Source: Euglena gracilis (lineage: Eukaryota). From it: DNA of 64,000 nt. Under the pieces are notes generated by a model. It worked only from the letters and a program-made list of their open reading frames with translations. It had not been told where the DNA came from and did no database searches. A program made the position numbers and the translations under genes. Below, one piece after another: positions 27,401 through 39,700 of this stretch; the first letter of the stretch is position 1, and each line of letters opens with the position of its first letter. The stretch is from assembly GCA_039621445.1 (NCBI GenBank), contig CP154954.1:37371703-37435702 (forward strand). The letters run 5' to 3'.

Positions 27401-30400
27401 AAGGGGGGTCAGACGCCCTACCGTTTAACAATAGGCCCAAAGCCAATTTGCCTGTGTTCTTTAAGGTGACCCGGACAATAGTAGAGCATGCGTGCTCCAG
27501 GTATAGGTCAGAGTTTGGGGATATTTCAGAGGGTCAGGGTTGGGATTGAGGCCTGTTATGCCTTATTTAGGCCCAATTTTAAGCCAGTTTTCGGCCTAAC
27601 CCTGGCTTAACCCTGACCCTGATTCTCTTCAGAACCGCAACCCTATCCCTCCCCTGAGAATAATAGAAAACACCAAAAAAAAATGCCGACAAAACCCCAA
27701 TCAACTTGCGCCGTGGTTCATTTAATGGGGGGCAATAGTTTAACACTGCCAGTTAAACCTTCTCCACCAACTCTGAGGAAAGCATGGAATACACTTGGCA
27801 CAGAAAATGAGCCCACTGGCACACTTTTCTGAGTGCCCCTGTATTATTTTAACAGATTTTTAACATCAAACAGAGTGTCCATTATGCGGTATCATGTCAT
27901 TTTTGATGTCATCTGTCCTTTTTCCTCTGAATCTTGTCAAAAAAAACCTGGCGAGGCGAAAAATAATAATATGGTTGAAAAAGCACCTTAAACAGCACAT
28001 ATGGCATAAAGTGGAGCCCTTGGGTATGTGCGGGAGGTGGGGGGGTGGGGGCGTGTGTGGAGTGTGGGGGGGCTGTGTGGGGGGGGGTGCTGTGGGGTAT
28101 CCACGTTTTGCCATAACTCTTCTTCATTCCGCAACTATCAGAAGCCTTGGACCGTGTTCACAGAGTCCATTTCCAGACCCCAAATTTCCCTCAAGAAAAC
28201 TTGATTCTCGAGGGAAATTGAGTAAACCCACCTCCTAAACAAGGCAGTGGCCGAATAACTTGGCGGGGGAGGGGCTAAAAAGATGGTGCCAAGCTACCCC
28301 TTTTAAGACAAAATACCTTTGCGACGCTGGAAAAAAAAAGCCCAAATAACCTGGGCAGGGCCAAAAATTGGTTCCAACAACCTGGCACCCCGCCAGGTTA
28401 TTTGGGGGAGGGGTTTACACTAAAAACAAAATCCAAAATCAAAAACCTTGCAAAATGTCAAAATCACCACAAGCTGAGACGAAACGGCCCACACAGCCAC
28501 ACCTACCGCCCTGGGCCACGGGCCACCGCCCATCACCGCCTCAACCTCCCCCTCCAGCACCGCCACCTCCCCCTCCTCCCCGTCGTCCTCCTCCTCCTCG
28601 GCCTCGGCCTCCTCCCTCTCCGCCTCGCCGGGGCCGGGCCTTACCCGGCCCCCCTGCCGCACCCCCGCGCTGTGCGCCGGCAGGGGCGGCCCGTGGCGGC
28701 ACGCCGTGAGGTTGGCCAGGCTGGGCCGGCTCCGCACCACGATGACGTCGTCGTCCGGGGGCACCTCCTCCGGCAGTCGCCCGGACGGCGTGGGCGTCCA
28801 CTCCGCCGGCCCCGGCGCCCGCTCCCCCGCCGCCCTCCGGGGCCCTGGAATATGAGCATTCGGCCGCCGGCAAAGCCATAGGAATACACACATTGCCTCC
28901 TTCACATCGGGTGTCATTGATTTAAGCGGAACGACATTTCTCAAGCGGCTCAAACGCCATTTGTACCGCTTGAGAAAAGTTGCGTCCACATGGGTCCTTC
29001 CATGTGTATCTCACTTGAAAAAAGGCAATGACTTTGTGCTAATGAAAGAGAAGGAGAATAAGCTGTTCTGACTTGCCAGGAATCCATGGCAGAATTTATT
29101 GATTGCCCGACCCCGCAGGATGTGGACAACAGTTGAACATACACGTGGATCAAACTCCTCTACAAGAAGCGACCATATGCAAAGCCAAAACCAAAAAAAG
29201 TTCTGACCATGGCGTGGGAACAATGAAGAGAAAAGGCGAAAATGGTACCAAATAGCAATCGCTCCAATTGTTCCCGCAACAGGCAGCCATATTCAGAGCA
29301 AACCGGTTGTTGAGGGAACTGCGAGACCTGCCGGTGGCCCATCGTCCTCAGGTCTGCCGGGAACGTTGCTGTTGCTGTTGCTGCCTATTGTCCCTGTGCA
29401 CAGGAGTGGTCGGTAGGATACCACATGAAAGAAAGAAAACAAATCCATCTGTTTGGATTTGGACAGGGATGAAACATTTGTTCTGACAAATTGGTGACGA
29501 AAGAAAGTGGCAAAGTTATTTAACTTAGGAGTTAAATTGAAGTTGAACTTTCCCAAAATATTCAGGTCCAAAGTTCAGCACACCCAAAAATCCAAGTTTG
29601 AGCAAAGTTGATGAATTGCATTGAATTCCTGCTCTGATTAGGTCAACCATCCAATTTTTGCCAACCCCCTGGGGGGAAGGGGGATCACTTCCACCCTTCC
29701 AAAGCGCAGGCGGTCACTTTTCTCGGAAAAACAGTCATTCACTACTTCCGGGAGTGGGGGGGTCGGCCACTCTAGAATTGCCGGATCATCGCCGGATCAC
29801 TTTGGTGGTTTTTCCCGACCCCCGGGGGAGGGGGTTTGGGCCAAAAGCCAGTCAGTCAAACTGAGAAAAAAAATCAGTCACCCACCAGGGGTGGCAAATA
29901 ATGGATGCCTCTGGGTCTAACACCTGGGTGAGGTTGGTCGAAAATAAATGCAGATCAGACAGAGGACATAAATGTAGATCAGACAAATAGGGTAGGCAAA
30001 AAATCACCCATTTTTTCAGGACCATTCTTCAAAAAACCACGTATTTTTATAAGAAAAATTATTTTCTCTTCCTGTGGATAGGCAAATTATTCCATTTCCT
30101 CTGTGCTCTTTTGGGGAAACCATCCAAATTTCCTGGCGTTTTGCCTTCAATATTTGGTGTTCGACTTTTGGTTACCTCAATGATTTTATAACAAAGAAAG
30201 AAGGATGAAAACGGGCTGGGGAGGTGGCAGTTTACTTTTTTTGGAACCCTTGGTGCGAAAAACTACACTTTGACCCCCCTCTGAATAGAAGCCCCCCCCC
30301 CGAATAGTGTCCCCCCCCGAATAGAACCCCCCGGGATTCTGACCATTGGTCCGAATAGAAGCCCTCCCCCTTTACACACAGTGTACAAAAACGAAGGGGG

Positions 30401-33400
30401 AAAAACATACCCCAAATAGAGCCCCCCTCGCTTTTCGACATGGGGGTTTACTTTGGGTAAACATGTGAAAGGATGACAAGATTTTTGGGGTGGGTGAAAA
30501 AAATAAAGGGGTTGATGTTATGGCACAATTCAGAGAGTGTGGGCACACGTGTGCGGCACTGACACGCACGGATGCCTTCACCAGGGGATTTTTAAACGAA
30601 ACCCCCCCCCCTGGGTGGTCCAGCCCAGAGGCTGGAAAAGTTGGGCTGGCTGGAAAAGGGCTACTGGTTCACCCCCCTCCCCCCCCAGCCCCCAGAAGTC
30701 CCGGGCTGAAACTGGGCCCCACCCGGGGTCGAACCGGTGCCAAAAAAAATCGAAACTGCAAAAAAATGTTCAAAAAAAGCTGACAATTATGCAAAAAAAA
30801 CGAATTTTTGACCCCAAATTTGCCCTGGCGAGTCCCTTTCCAACCCATTTTCGTCCGTTTTTGACCCATTTTGGCCCATTTTTGCACCCACCCAAAGGGC
30901 GGCTGGAAATAAATAAAACTCATTGATGGAGGGGAGGGGGCTCCGGGGCTGGGAAAAAGGCCTCTGGCTGGAAAACCACTGCTGGCTAGCTGAACCTCCC
31001 CAGGTGTGGGGTCGAATTTTCTTAAGCTACGCCCTGCCATGCACACATACAAAGGCTGGCAAACATTGCATGCACACAACATGGGCACATACAGCACACG
31101 TGCAAACATGCATACGTACACACAGGAATGTAAGCACTCACGCACACACAGCAGCTCCGCATAGCACAGCACACTACAGCAGCACAACACACAACAACCA
31201 ACGCACAGCACACAACACACACCTCCAGCCAGTGCAGCGGATGCTCTGCCATCACCTCCACACGCAACGCCACCCTCCGCGTCACTCCAGAAGGCGCTGC
31301 CACCCCTGCCCGGGGCCAAGCCTCCATCACCACTGCTGCCCTCCCCCCCTGGCCGGGGCCCAGGCTGCCACCCCACCCCGCCTGCTGCCAGCGCTGTGGC
31401 CGCCCATGGCACGCCCCCCGCCGCTGCCCACAGGGAAAGGGCTGATGGGGGGGGCAGGCAGACATTCTCTATGGCGGCGTGGCACCCGGGAAGAGTTAGG
31501 GGCTGTTCAAAACTCCCTCACCCCCGAAGGGCTCCAGCCCTTCCCTGGGCGGAGGCGCAGGCTGTGTCCCCCACGCTGGCAGACCTGCAACAGAGGGCAG
31601 ATATTTAGGCCCAACCGAAAATAACCCCGAATGAAAAAAAGGCTTTGCCCTCCCCTTTGCCGATGACAACTGCAGACTGGCCGGTAACTCTCCCGCATTC
31701 ACCGCTTGCGCAACGTCTCAGCCAGAACTGAGTTGCTGGAATGTGTTATCACTTTTGAACACGCAAAGGCGGAAATTGGAGAAAGTCGAGATCCAAATTA
31801 AAAATAGCAAAATGGTTGATGAGATTAAACCTTTGAAAATTGTACCACCAGATTTAGCAAATTGTGGAAATTACTGTGGCAAGTGTTGGGGACGCTTGCC
31901 TATGCAAAAAGCCAGTGCAGGGCAGACGTGCAGGACACACACCTCGGGCCTCGCCCACCTCCACCACCGCACCCTCCTTGCCACTCGAGCGAGCACCTCC
32001 GCCTCCCTCCGCTCCGCCGCCACCGTTGCCGGCGCTCCCATCACTGCCGTCCCCCGGGGCCAAGCCACTGTCACTGGCGCTGCCGCTGCCCCGCACCGCT
32101 GGCCGGTACACCGGAGGCCGCTCGGCCCCGCTGGCCGCCGGCGCTGAAGCTGAAGCCCCCGGTGTGCCTCCCAATGCTAACCGCAGGGAGGGCTGGGGTA
32201 GGCGGGTATGCCGGTAGCTGACACCTCGTCACATCACACATCGCCGGGCCAGGGCGTTGCTGAACAACCCCCGAGGGGGGTGGGTCTAGCTCAAAAGCCG
32301 CAAAATGTGGGCCGGCTGCAAGGACGCCCCAGGCTGGAACTGGGCCCGGGCTGGGGTCAAACGTCATCTGAAAAAACTGAAACTGCAAAAAACCAAAAGG
32401 CTGGAAATTCCACAAAAAATCAATTTTGTCCTTGATGTCCTTGATGTCTGCTGCATTGGCACATTTTGCCATCCTCCAAGGCAGAAATCTGTCGCTTTGG
32501 GTGCATGAAAACGAATCAACGGAGTCTGGGGTCCGGGTTTGGAAAAGGCAGCTGGCTGGAAGATGGTTGCTGGCCGGCAGCCCCCCCCCCTGGAAGTGGG
32601 TCCCTGGCTGGACCTTTCCCTTGCCAACAATGCACAATGCACCAAACCAAGGCTGGCGGCAACCCCTCCCTGGGCATGGGTCCATGCTGCGTCCCCCACG
32701 CTGTGCCTGGCAGACCTGCGGTGGCGGGAAGGCGGTGGCAATTGACATTCCTGCCTACCAGCCAACCTCCCTACGTCGGGAGTTTTTGGGCCGGGTGGAC
32801 TTCTGTTTAAGTCTTCCGGAGGGCCATCCACCGAGAATAGGTTTTTGAAGTTTCATTTAATGCAAACCAGAAAAACTGCACAATAATCCTGCAATTTTCA
32901 CGGAAAGATCAGAAATGATGGACAGGGAGGCTGAAGGTCTTTTGGTCGGTTTTTTGTCACCCCGACCCGAGAGGTCCCGTACCAACATCATTTCTGGCTG
33001 GCCCTTCCCAATCCTGGTGTGGGAACCCCAAGGGGGGGCTAGATCAACGTTCCCACCGAGTGATCAAAAGGAGCATGGAGGCCGACGGAAGCAGAAGAAT
33101 GTGGAATGAAACAGGAAACAAACAAAATGGCAATTCTGTCTTTATTTTTGACGACTTCCTCAAAAGTTCTTGATTTCACATTGAAATGGCTCAGCTGAAT
33201 TTTCAGCTGACTTCGAAGAGTGAAGCTGGCCTTCCCCAGCTTTCTACCCTCCTTCTTGCAAAGGGAACTGGAAATCCAAAGATCAAGCGGAGCTGACTCT
33301 TACAAGCGTGCATGGCTCCAGAAGGATATCTGGCTTGATGCCTTGATTATTTGTCTAGAAGGGGGTGTTGGATGCCGAGCCGAGACGTTATTTTGCAGGG

Positions 33401-36400
33401 TGGGATGCTGACCGGATCTTAAACCAAGCACCAAACCAGTCTGGTCAAGGTTTGCAGAGCAATACGTGTCAAAATGACCAAAAGAAATAGAAAATAATTT
33501 TACGATGCCCTGGAGGGTGGAAAGGAACGTTCCTGGATCCCTTCGGGTCATACTCACCCAAGGGCTGAAAAGGGGGGTATTTTTCTTGTTTCTAGCTTAG
33601 AAGAAAACTCCTTGGAATTGGCACGGCAAACCAGATGTGCCAGGTCCAGGGCCTACGCCCAGAGCCGTGTCCTCCTTCGGCAACCAGCCGGGGGGCGGCA
33701 GGCGCTTGGCCCCTGAGAAGGGGATGGCAATTGGACGGGTTGGAAGCCTGAAACTTGGAAGGTGGCCACTTCCAATTCTGCAGCCACTCCCTGGTCTGGT
33801 GGTGAGGGAAGGAGGCAACAACCAGTGGGAGCGAAACGTTATGCCTTGGTTTCACACCAACGTACAGCACTTTTGTAGCATCTGTCACCATCAAACTTCA
33901 GCATCCATCCATTCCTCCAGATCAACGATAGCAGAGATCCATTCATTTCAACCCTGTTGCACACCTAACTCCCCCCAAAATAACACCCCCCCCCCAAAAA
34001 TAACATCCTCCCCAAAATAACCCCCCAAATACCCCCCACTTTTCCAAAGCCGTCAGTTTCCCAGGTATAGGTTTACGTTGTCCACCACCTAGAACGTGTC
34101 CACAGAATTCTCCCTCTTTCACGAAAACTTTGCATTTTTGATGCCTGCCACGTGCTGCTGTGTTTTTCAATGCCTCCATCCCCCTCCTGATGTTTTTGTC
34201 GTGTTGTTCGAGGGCTTTTTTCCTTCGATTCCCTGTGAGATGGTTCCTACGATTATGTCATCCACGCAGGGGTTTGCAATACCCTGTTCCTCCTCCACAC
34301 CGCCTTTCATTCCCATGACTACCACTCTCCACTGTTTTTTTCCCTTCCGTGTGCTGCAGCAGGTGCAGGGTCTGGACCAGGTACAGGGTCTGGTTTTTAT
34401 TCAGTAGCACCTGGTGGAAGGCGTCTTTTAGGTCCAATACACTGTTCGTGGCCCGTTGGCCTTGTTGAACTAGGATGTCTTCTGTCCTAGGGAGGGGATG
34501 GGCGTCTGTTGTTGTTGCCTCATTCAGTGCTCTGAAGTCCACCATCCCTCTCCATTTTCGACCATTTTTAGCCACCACGAATGTGGGGCTGGACCAGCCA
34601 GTCGTCCCGTCTTCCACTTTCAGGTCCCTAACCCATTCGTCCACCAATGTCGATGAGTGCCTGTCGGCGTTCTCCTGCCAATTTTCAACAAAAATCCAAA
34701 AAAAAAAACACCATCCCACCCCCCATCAGGTTTTTTGGGAGAAATCCAAACTAGAAACCCCCAAAACTGTAAAAATGGACAAGGGTTAGGGTTAGGGTTA
34801 GACATTTTTTTATTTTTGTCCTTTTTCCATGTGTTAAATTGAATGTGTTACTTTGGTAGTTTCGAGATGGTTTTCGCTGATTGCCTGCCGCGGGATTTTT
34901 TTGCTAAATTTTTCAGATGGACTCAAACAAAATGTGCTTAACAGTGGCGAAGGCAGATTGCAACAAACACCTTGCCAACAGGGATAGCCCCAAACCCCCC
35001 CTCTCCCAAATAAGACCCCGGGTCTGCTTTTTGGGTCTGTTGCTGAAAATTCCTAGGCGTTGTTATTTGGGGGGTCTACCTTTTGAATTTTTGCACGACA
35101 CATCAGGGCAGTGATCAAGGCCTGTGGAAAAAAATTTACTCTGAAATTTCCTCCCTTGCATTGATTTTTGATTGATTGACCAGTGTCCACAAATGTCACG
35201 GATCTCGCCGGCATTGGTTTGATCACCTCACACCTCTTGGTGCTACGAGTTTAATGATTTTTTTTTGATTTGTCCAAAAATTAGCCCCCTGTTTGTCCAA
35301 AAACGAATCCGGGGAAATGTCCCGCCTGCAAAAAAAAGCACAAAAATGGACAAAAAAATGAGTCCTTTGCCCGAAATGTGCAAAAATTTGACAAAAAAAG
35401 TGCAAAAAAAAACACAAAATTGCAAAATTTATCAAAAGCATGCAAAAATGGCAGGAATATTACTGAAAGAAATTATGTGAAAATATGAGAGAAATCTCAT
35501 TTTGAAAAAACTAAAACTCTCAAAAAAAATTCCGAAAAAATGGAAAAATGCCAAATGGACAAAATTGTGAAAAATTGGGAAAGTCACAAAATTGCAAAAC
35601 AAGAACGAGAGCACGAAACCTCCCAACAAAAAAAATGCTGAAAAAAAAGCAAAAATATACAAAAAAAAGCACAAAAGTGCACATTTTGGAAAATTTCAAA
35701 AAAGGGCAAAAATTGTGCATTTATGTGAAAAAGTGTTCTGCGCATTGACTAATGTCCAGTGCTACACCAGCCGTCAGGCAGAGTCCTCTCCTCCGCAGGG
35801 GGGGGGGGGGGCTGAAATAATGTTGTGCAAACCCATGCCCAGCTTTGAATTGAATTTTTTTGAAATTCCCCTGTTTTTGTTCAAGACGTCTGCACACACA
35901 TGCACACACAGGTGCACGCACGCACACCGCTCCCATCAGTGAACCCTCCTCTCTCACCCGTCCGCACCACTGCACTCCGCTGCGCATCTCCGCCCCCGTC
36001 TCCGTCGCCGCCCTCGCCGGTGATGGGGTCAGTGCTGCGTCCTGGCCACTGCACCGGCGGCTGCCCCGCCCCACCGGCTGGCGGGGCTGCCGCCGCCCCC
36101 GGCACGCTCCCCACCGCCCGCAGGGAGCGTTGTGGGGGTTGGGGTATGACCCCGCCAGGCGGTGTGGTCGAAAAAGTCTCGTCGCTCCCTCCCGTCCCCC
36201 CGCTGCGCAGCCTCTCCCTGGGCGTGAGTGCCTCGTCCGTCCGCCCAGGGGTGCCCGGCGCAGCTGCGAGGAGGTGCAGAAAGAGAGGGCAGAATGACGG
36301 TGAATGAAGGTTCCACCAAATACAGCACAAACCCTGCGACTGATTGCACCCCTGAGGTTCATTGGGCCGGCAAGGCCAAAGAAGACAAGTTTTGGCAGGT

Positions 36401-36726
36401 GCAGTTGTTGCAGTGACAGTGAAGCCGCTTCCCCCCCCCTTCCGCCCGACCAAATGCAGCCAAGTTCCTTAACCCAGATTTCCCCAAAATTCGGGGTGGA
36501 GCTTCCGGGGCCCACTCAATTAGGACCCCTTGCCCCATTGCTGCTCGTTGGCTTGGCTTGAGTTCAGAGCCAAAACAAGACTTGTTAGAAACCAGAAAAA
36601 TTTCGCGGAAGCATGCCAAGATCGTAACGACAACTTATATCCCAGGGTTCCCCAGAGACTTGTGCTGACGACTTTCACCAGCCAACGAATAAAAAAAAAA
36701 ACAGGTGAGAAAATGGGATGAAAACC

Positions 36727-36791
<65 letters not shown>

Positions 36792-39700
36792 CAGAGAAGC
36801 TGCACAGGAGATGGCGGAGAGGATGTGATGGAAAGACTGGGGAGGGTTGATCCCACCCACCACCCATGGGTTTTGGGGATGCCATACAGCTTGCAGAGAG
36901 GGTTTCCGAGCGCAGAGGGCAAAAAGGAGAGCAAGTGTCACCCCCTTTCTTTTGGTTTTTTTGTTTTTCCCTTTGAAGCAGGCATTTGCTTAAGGACCCC
37001 GGGACTCACTTAATCGTGCTGGTTCGCGATTATTCATGTCACTGGGAAACCCTGAGCACAGTAAATGACTGCCCTCAAAAGGAAACCCCTCCAAAGCCCA
37101 GCGACAAGCTGCACATATGCGTACCGCCGCCCTTGCTCAGCTGCGATGTGCCGCCCTCTGCGCTGTTCCGCTGAGCAGTGCCGGCTCCGCCCGCTGCCGT
37201 ACCAGAGCTCTCGCCGTCAGCACTGACCCCACCACCACCAGGCACCTATAGTTAAGCCCCAAAATTTCTCCATTTTAAGCCATTTTGACCTGTAGGTGGG
37301 GGACCATAACTTCGAAAAAGAATTATTTAGACCATAACTTTGGATATCCATTCAAGAAAACACACTGCACATCCTCGTTCAGAGCCCTTCAATTACCTTC
37401 ACACTTTCTTCACCCTGAATAACTGCAATGGGAAATGGCTGGACCAACCTGATGGCCGATTTTTTTTGCAAATATTGCAACAAGAACAGCAAAGCAAACA
37501 ATATAAAACAACAGCGACCTGTGTGCTTATCCAGAAGAGAGGCCCAACAGTCCTTTGTTGCGGTAAGCAAATGCAAGGGTTCGAGGATAGCCTTCTTTAC
37601 TTTTGATTATTATTTTGATAAAGCTGCTCGATTGTTTTGGAAAAATGCACAACAGCACGAACCAAAATGCAATAAATCTGAAACAAACTCGCACATCCAA
37701 AAGCATTGGACGCATCGTTTGGGTTTAATAAAAATTTTCACAGAAAACAGGAACTGTGGGGGGGGGGAACAATGCATACCGACAGACAAAGGTGGCCTTG
37801 CTGTGCTCCTCCACCATCGTCCAACGTTCACAACAAAAATTACTTCTTGCGGGAAAAAATTCTCATTTCAGGCCACGTTAGGCCAGTTTGGGCCATATCA
37901 GCTCTAGGTGCCTGCCCACCGCCGCTCCCCAGGGCGGAGCTGCCGCCGCTGCTCGACCCAGGGCGGTACACCGGCAGCCGCCCAGTCCCGCTCGCCTGCG
38001 ACGCTGCAACCGCCGGCGGCGCGCCCCCCGGCCCTGCTGGCCACAGGGAGCAGCGGCCGGGGGGGGGGGGGGGCAGGCACCACAATGCCCGGGCACCCGT
38101 TCTTTGGAGGAGTCCTGGCAGGAAAGGTGCCCCATCACCCGCCCACAGCCTGCGTTGCGGCTGCCGAGCATGGCAGGGTGACGACTGGTAGCCTGGAGAA
38201 CCGACCAACCCGGCCCCACCGGCCCCCTCCCTTTTGCAGGGCTCCGGTTCCTCCCTGGGTGTGGGCATATGCTGCGCGCTCCACGCAGTGCCAAGCGTTC
38301 CTGCAATGGCAACCAGCGCATGAGGGGGAGGAGTAGCAGCACACAAGGCACCCACCTGAGAACAGCAAATGTGCTACATGAAGATGGGGAGAGTGTTGGG
38401 GGATTGGCAGGGAAATCAACAAAGTGGGAGGGGAGGGTGCCCGCCCCTCCCCTCCTACGGAGAAAAAAAAAATGGGACAAAGCACAGGAAAACTCTTGCC
38501 CAAAATGCTTTGAAAATACAAAATAATTATACCAAAGAATACGTGCCGAAAAAAATTCGCCAGAACCCTCCCCCCGAGGAAAAACAAAGCCAACCCACGC
38601 TTTACACCCAGGTGGAAAAGCTTTCAGCTCCGCAAAATGTGGGGGACCGGGCTATTGGTTGATGGATCATGTCAATGTCCCAGACTGTAATCTGACTATT
38701 TTTTGCCACACTGGCACACAGGCAGCCACCAGCCAGCACCACACACCTGCCGCACCGTACCGGAGGCTGGAGCCCTCTCCCTCCCCCTCCCCCTCCAGCA
38801 CCGCCTCGTCCTCCTCCCCCTCCTCCTCATCGTCGTCCTCTTTCTCCGTGTGGCTGGAGACGCCCACTGCGCCAGAGCCGCCTGGGCCGGGCCGCACCCG
38901 GCCCCCCTGCCGCACGCCGCCGTGCGCCGGCTGCCCGTGGCGGTTCGCCGTGAGGTTCGCCACGCTGGGCCGGCTGCGCACCACAATGACGTCGTCGTCC
39001 ATCGGGAGCTCCGCTGGCAGCCGGCCAAACGGGGTCGGCGCCGGGATCCAAAGCCCTCGTTTGCCTCCGGCGTCCCCTGGGTGTGGCGGCAAAGGACCCA
39101 AGGACGAGCCACACGACGGCGGGGGAGCACTCACACGGTTCTGCTTCCCCAGTCACATACCGGTGCTCTGCCATCGCATGGACGTTGCCTCCACCGCGGC
39201 ATATCCAGGGAAGGCTTCTTTTTACCAACCGCAAAGGGAGGGCAGTGCAATGGGGTGCCTGTGCAAAGCAGGCATTTACCCCAAAACCCAACCCCTCGGG
39301 ACGGGGTCAAAAGTACCGTCCCCACTGGCTGCCCGTAGCACCCCCCTGATGGGGGGCAACCTTCCTTAAAGAGAAGCCTGGTCCGGGGTACTCAGCCCCG
39401 TCCGCTGCGCCGCGCGGGCCCCGGCACGCCACCGGCCGGCCGGGGCGCCTCTTGGGGTGGGTGGGGAAGAAGTCGTCCATGGCGACGAGGGCCTCCTTCG
39501 GCAGCGGGGCGGGCGGGGTGGCCGCCAGCTTCCAGGAGGCGAAGGGGCTCATCCCTGGGGGGGACGGGGGGTTGTCCGGGTGCTGCCGGCAACACCGCGG
39601 AAGGGCGTTTCGGTGTTCCGGCAAAGTGCTCGGAACTCTACCACACCCGAGGAGGAGCAAATGCTCGAGTGCGGGCACAGCACTCCAGCGTCCAGGCCAC

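Noticed and set aside
36520-37013. Poly-D/H/S/I ORFs
   Set aside because: Readings of an (ATG)n microsatellite.
8974-39076. Family-B blocks as a dispersed transposon
   Set aside because: All copies share one orientation, their similarity ends near splice sites, most have 3n lengths, and they lack TIRs/TSDs; this fits exon duplication better.
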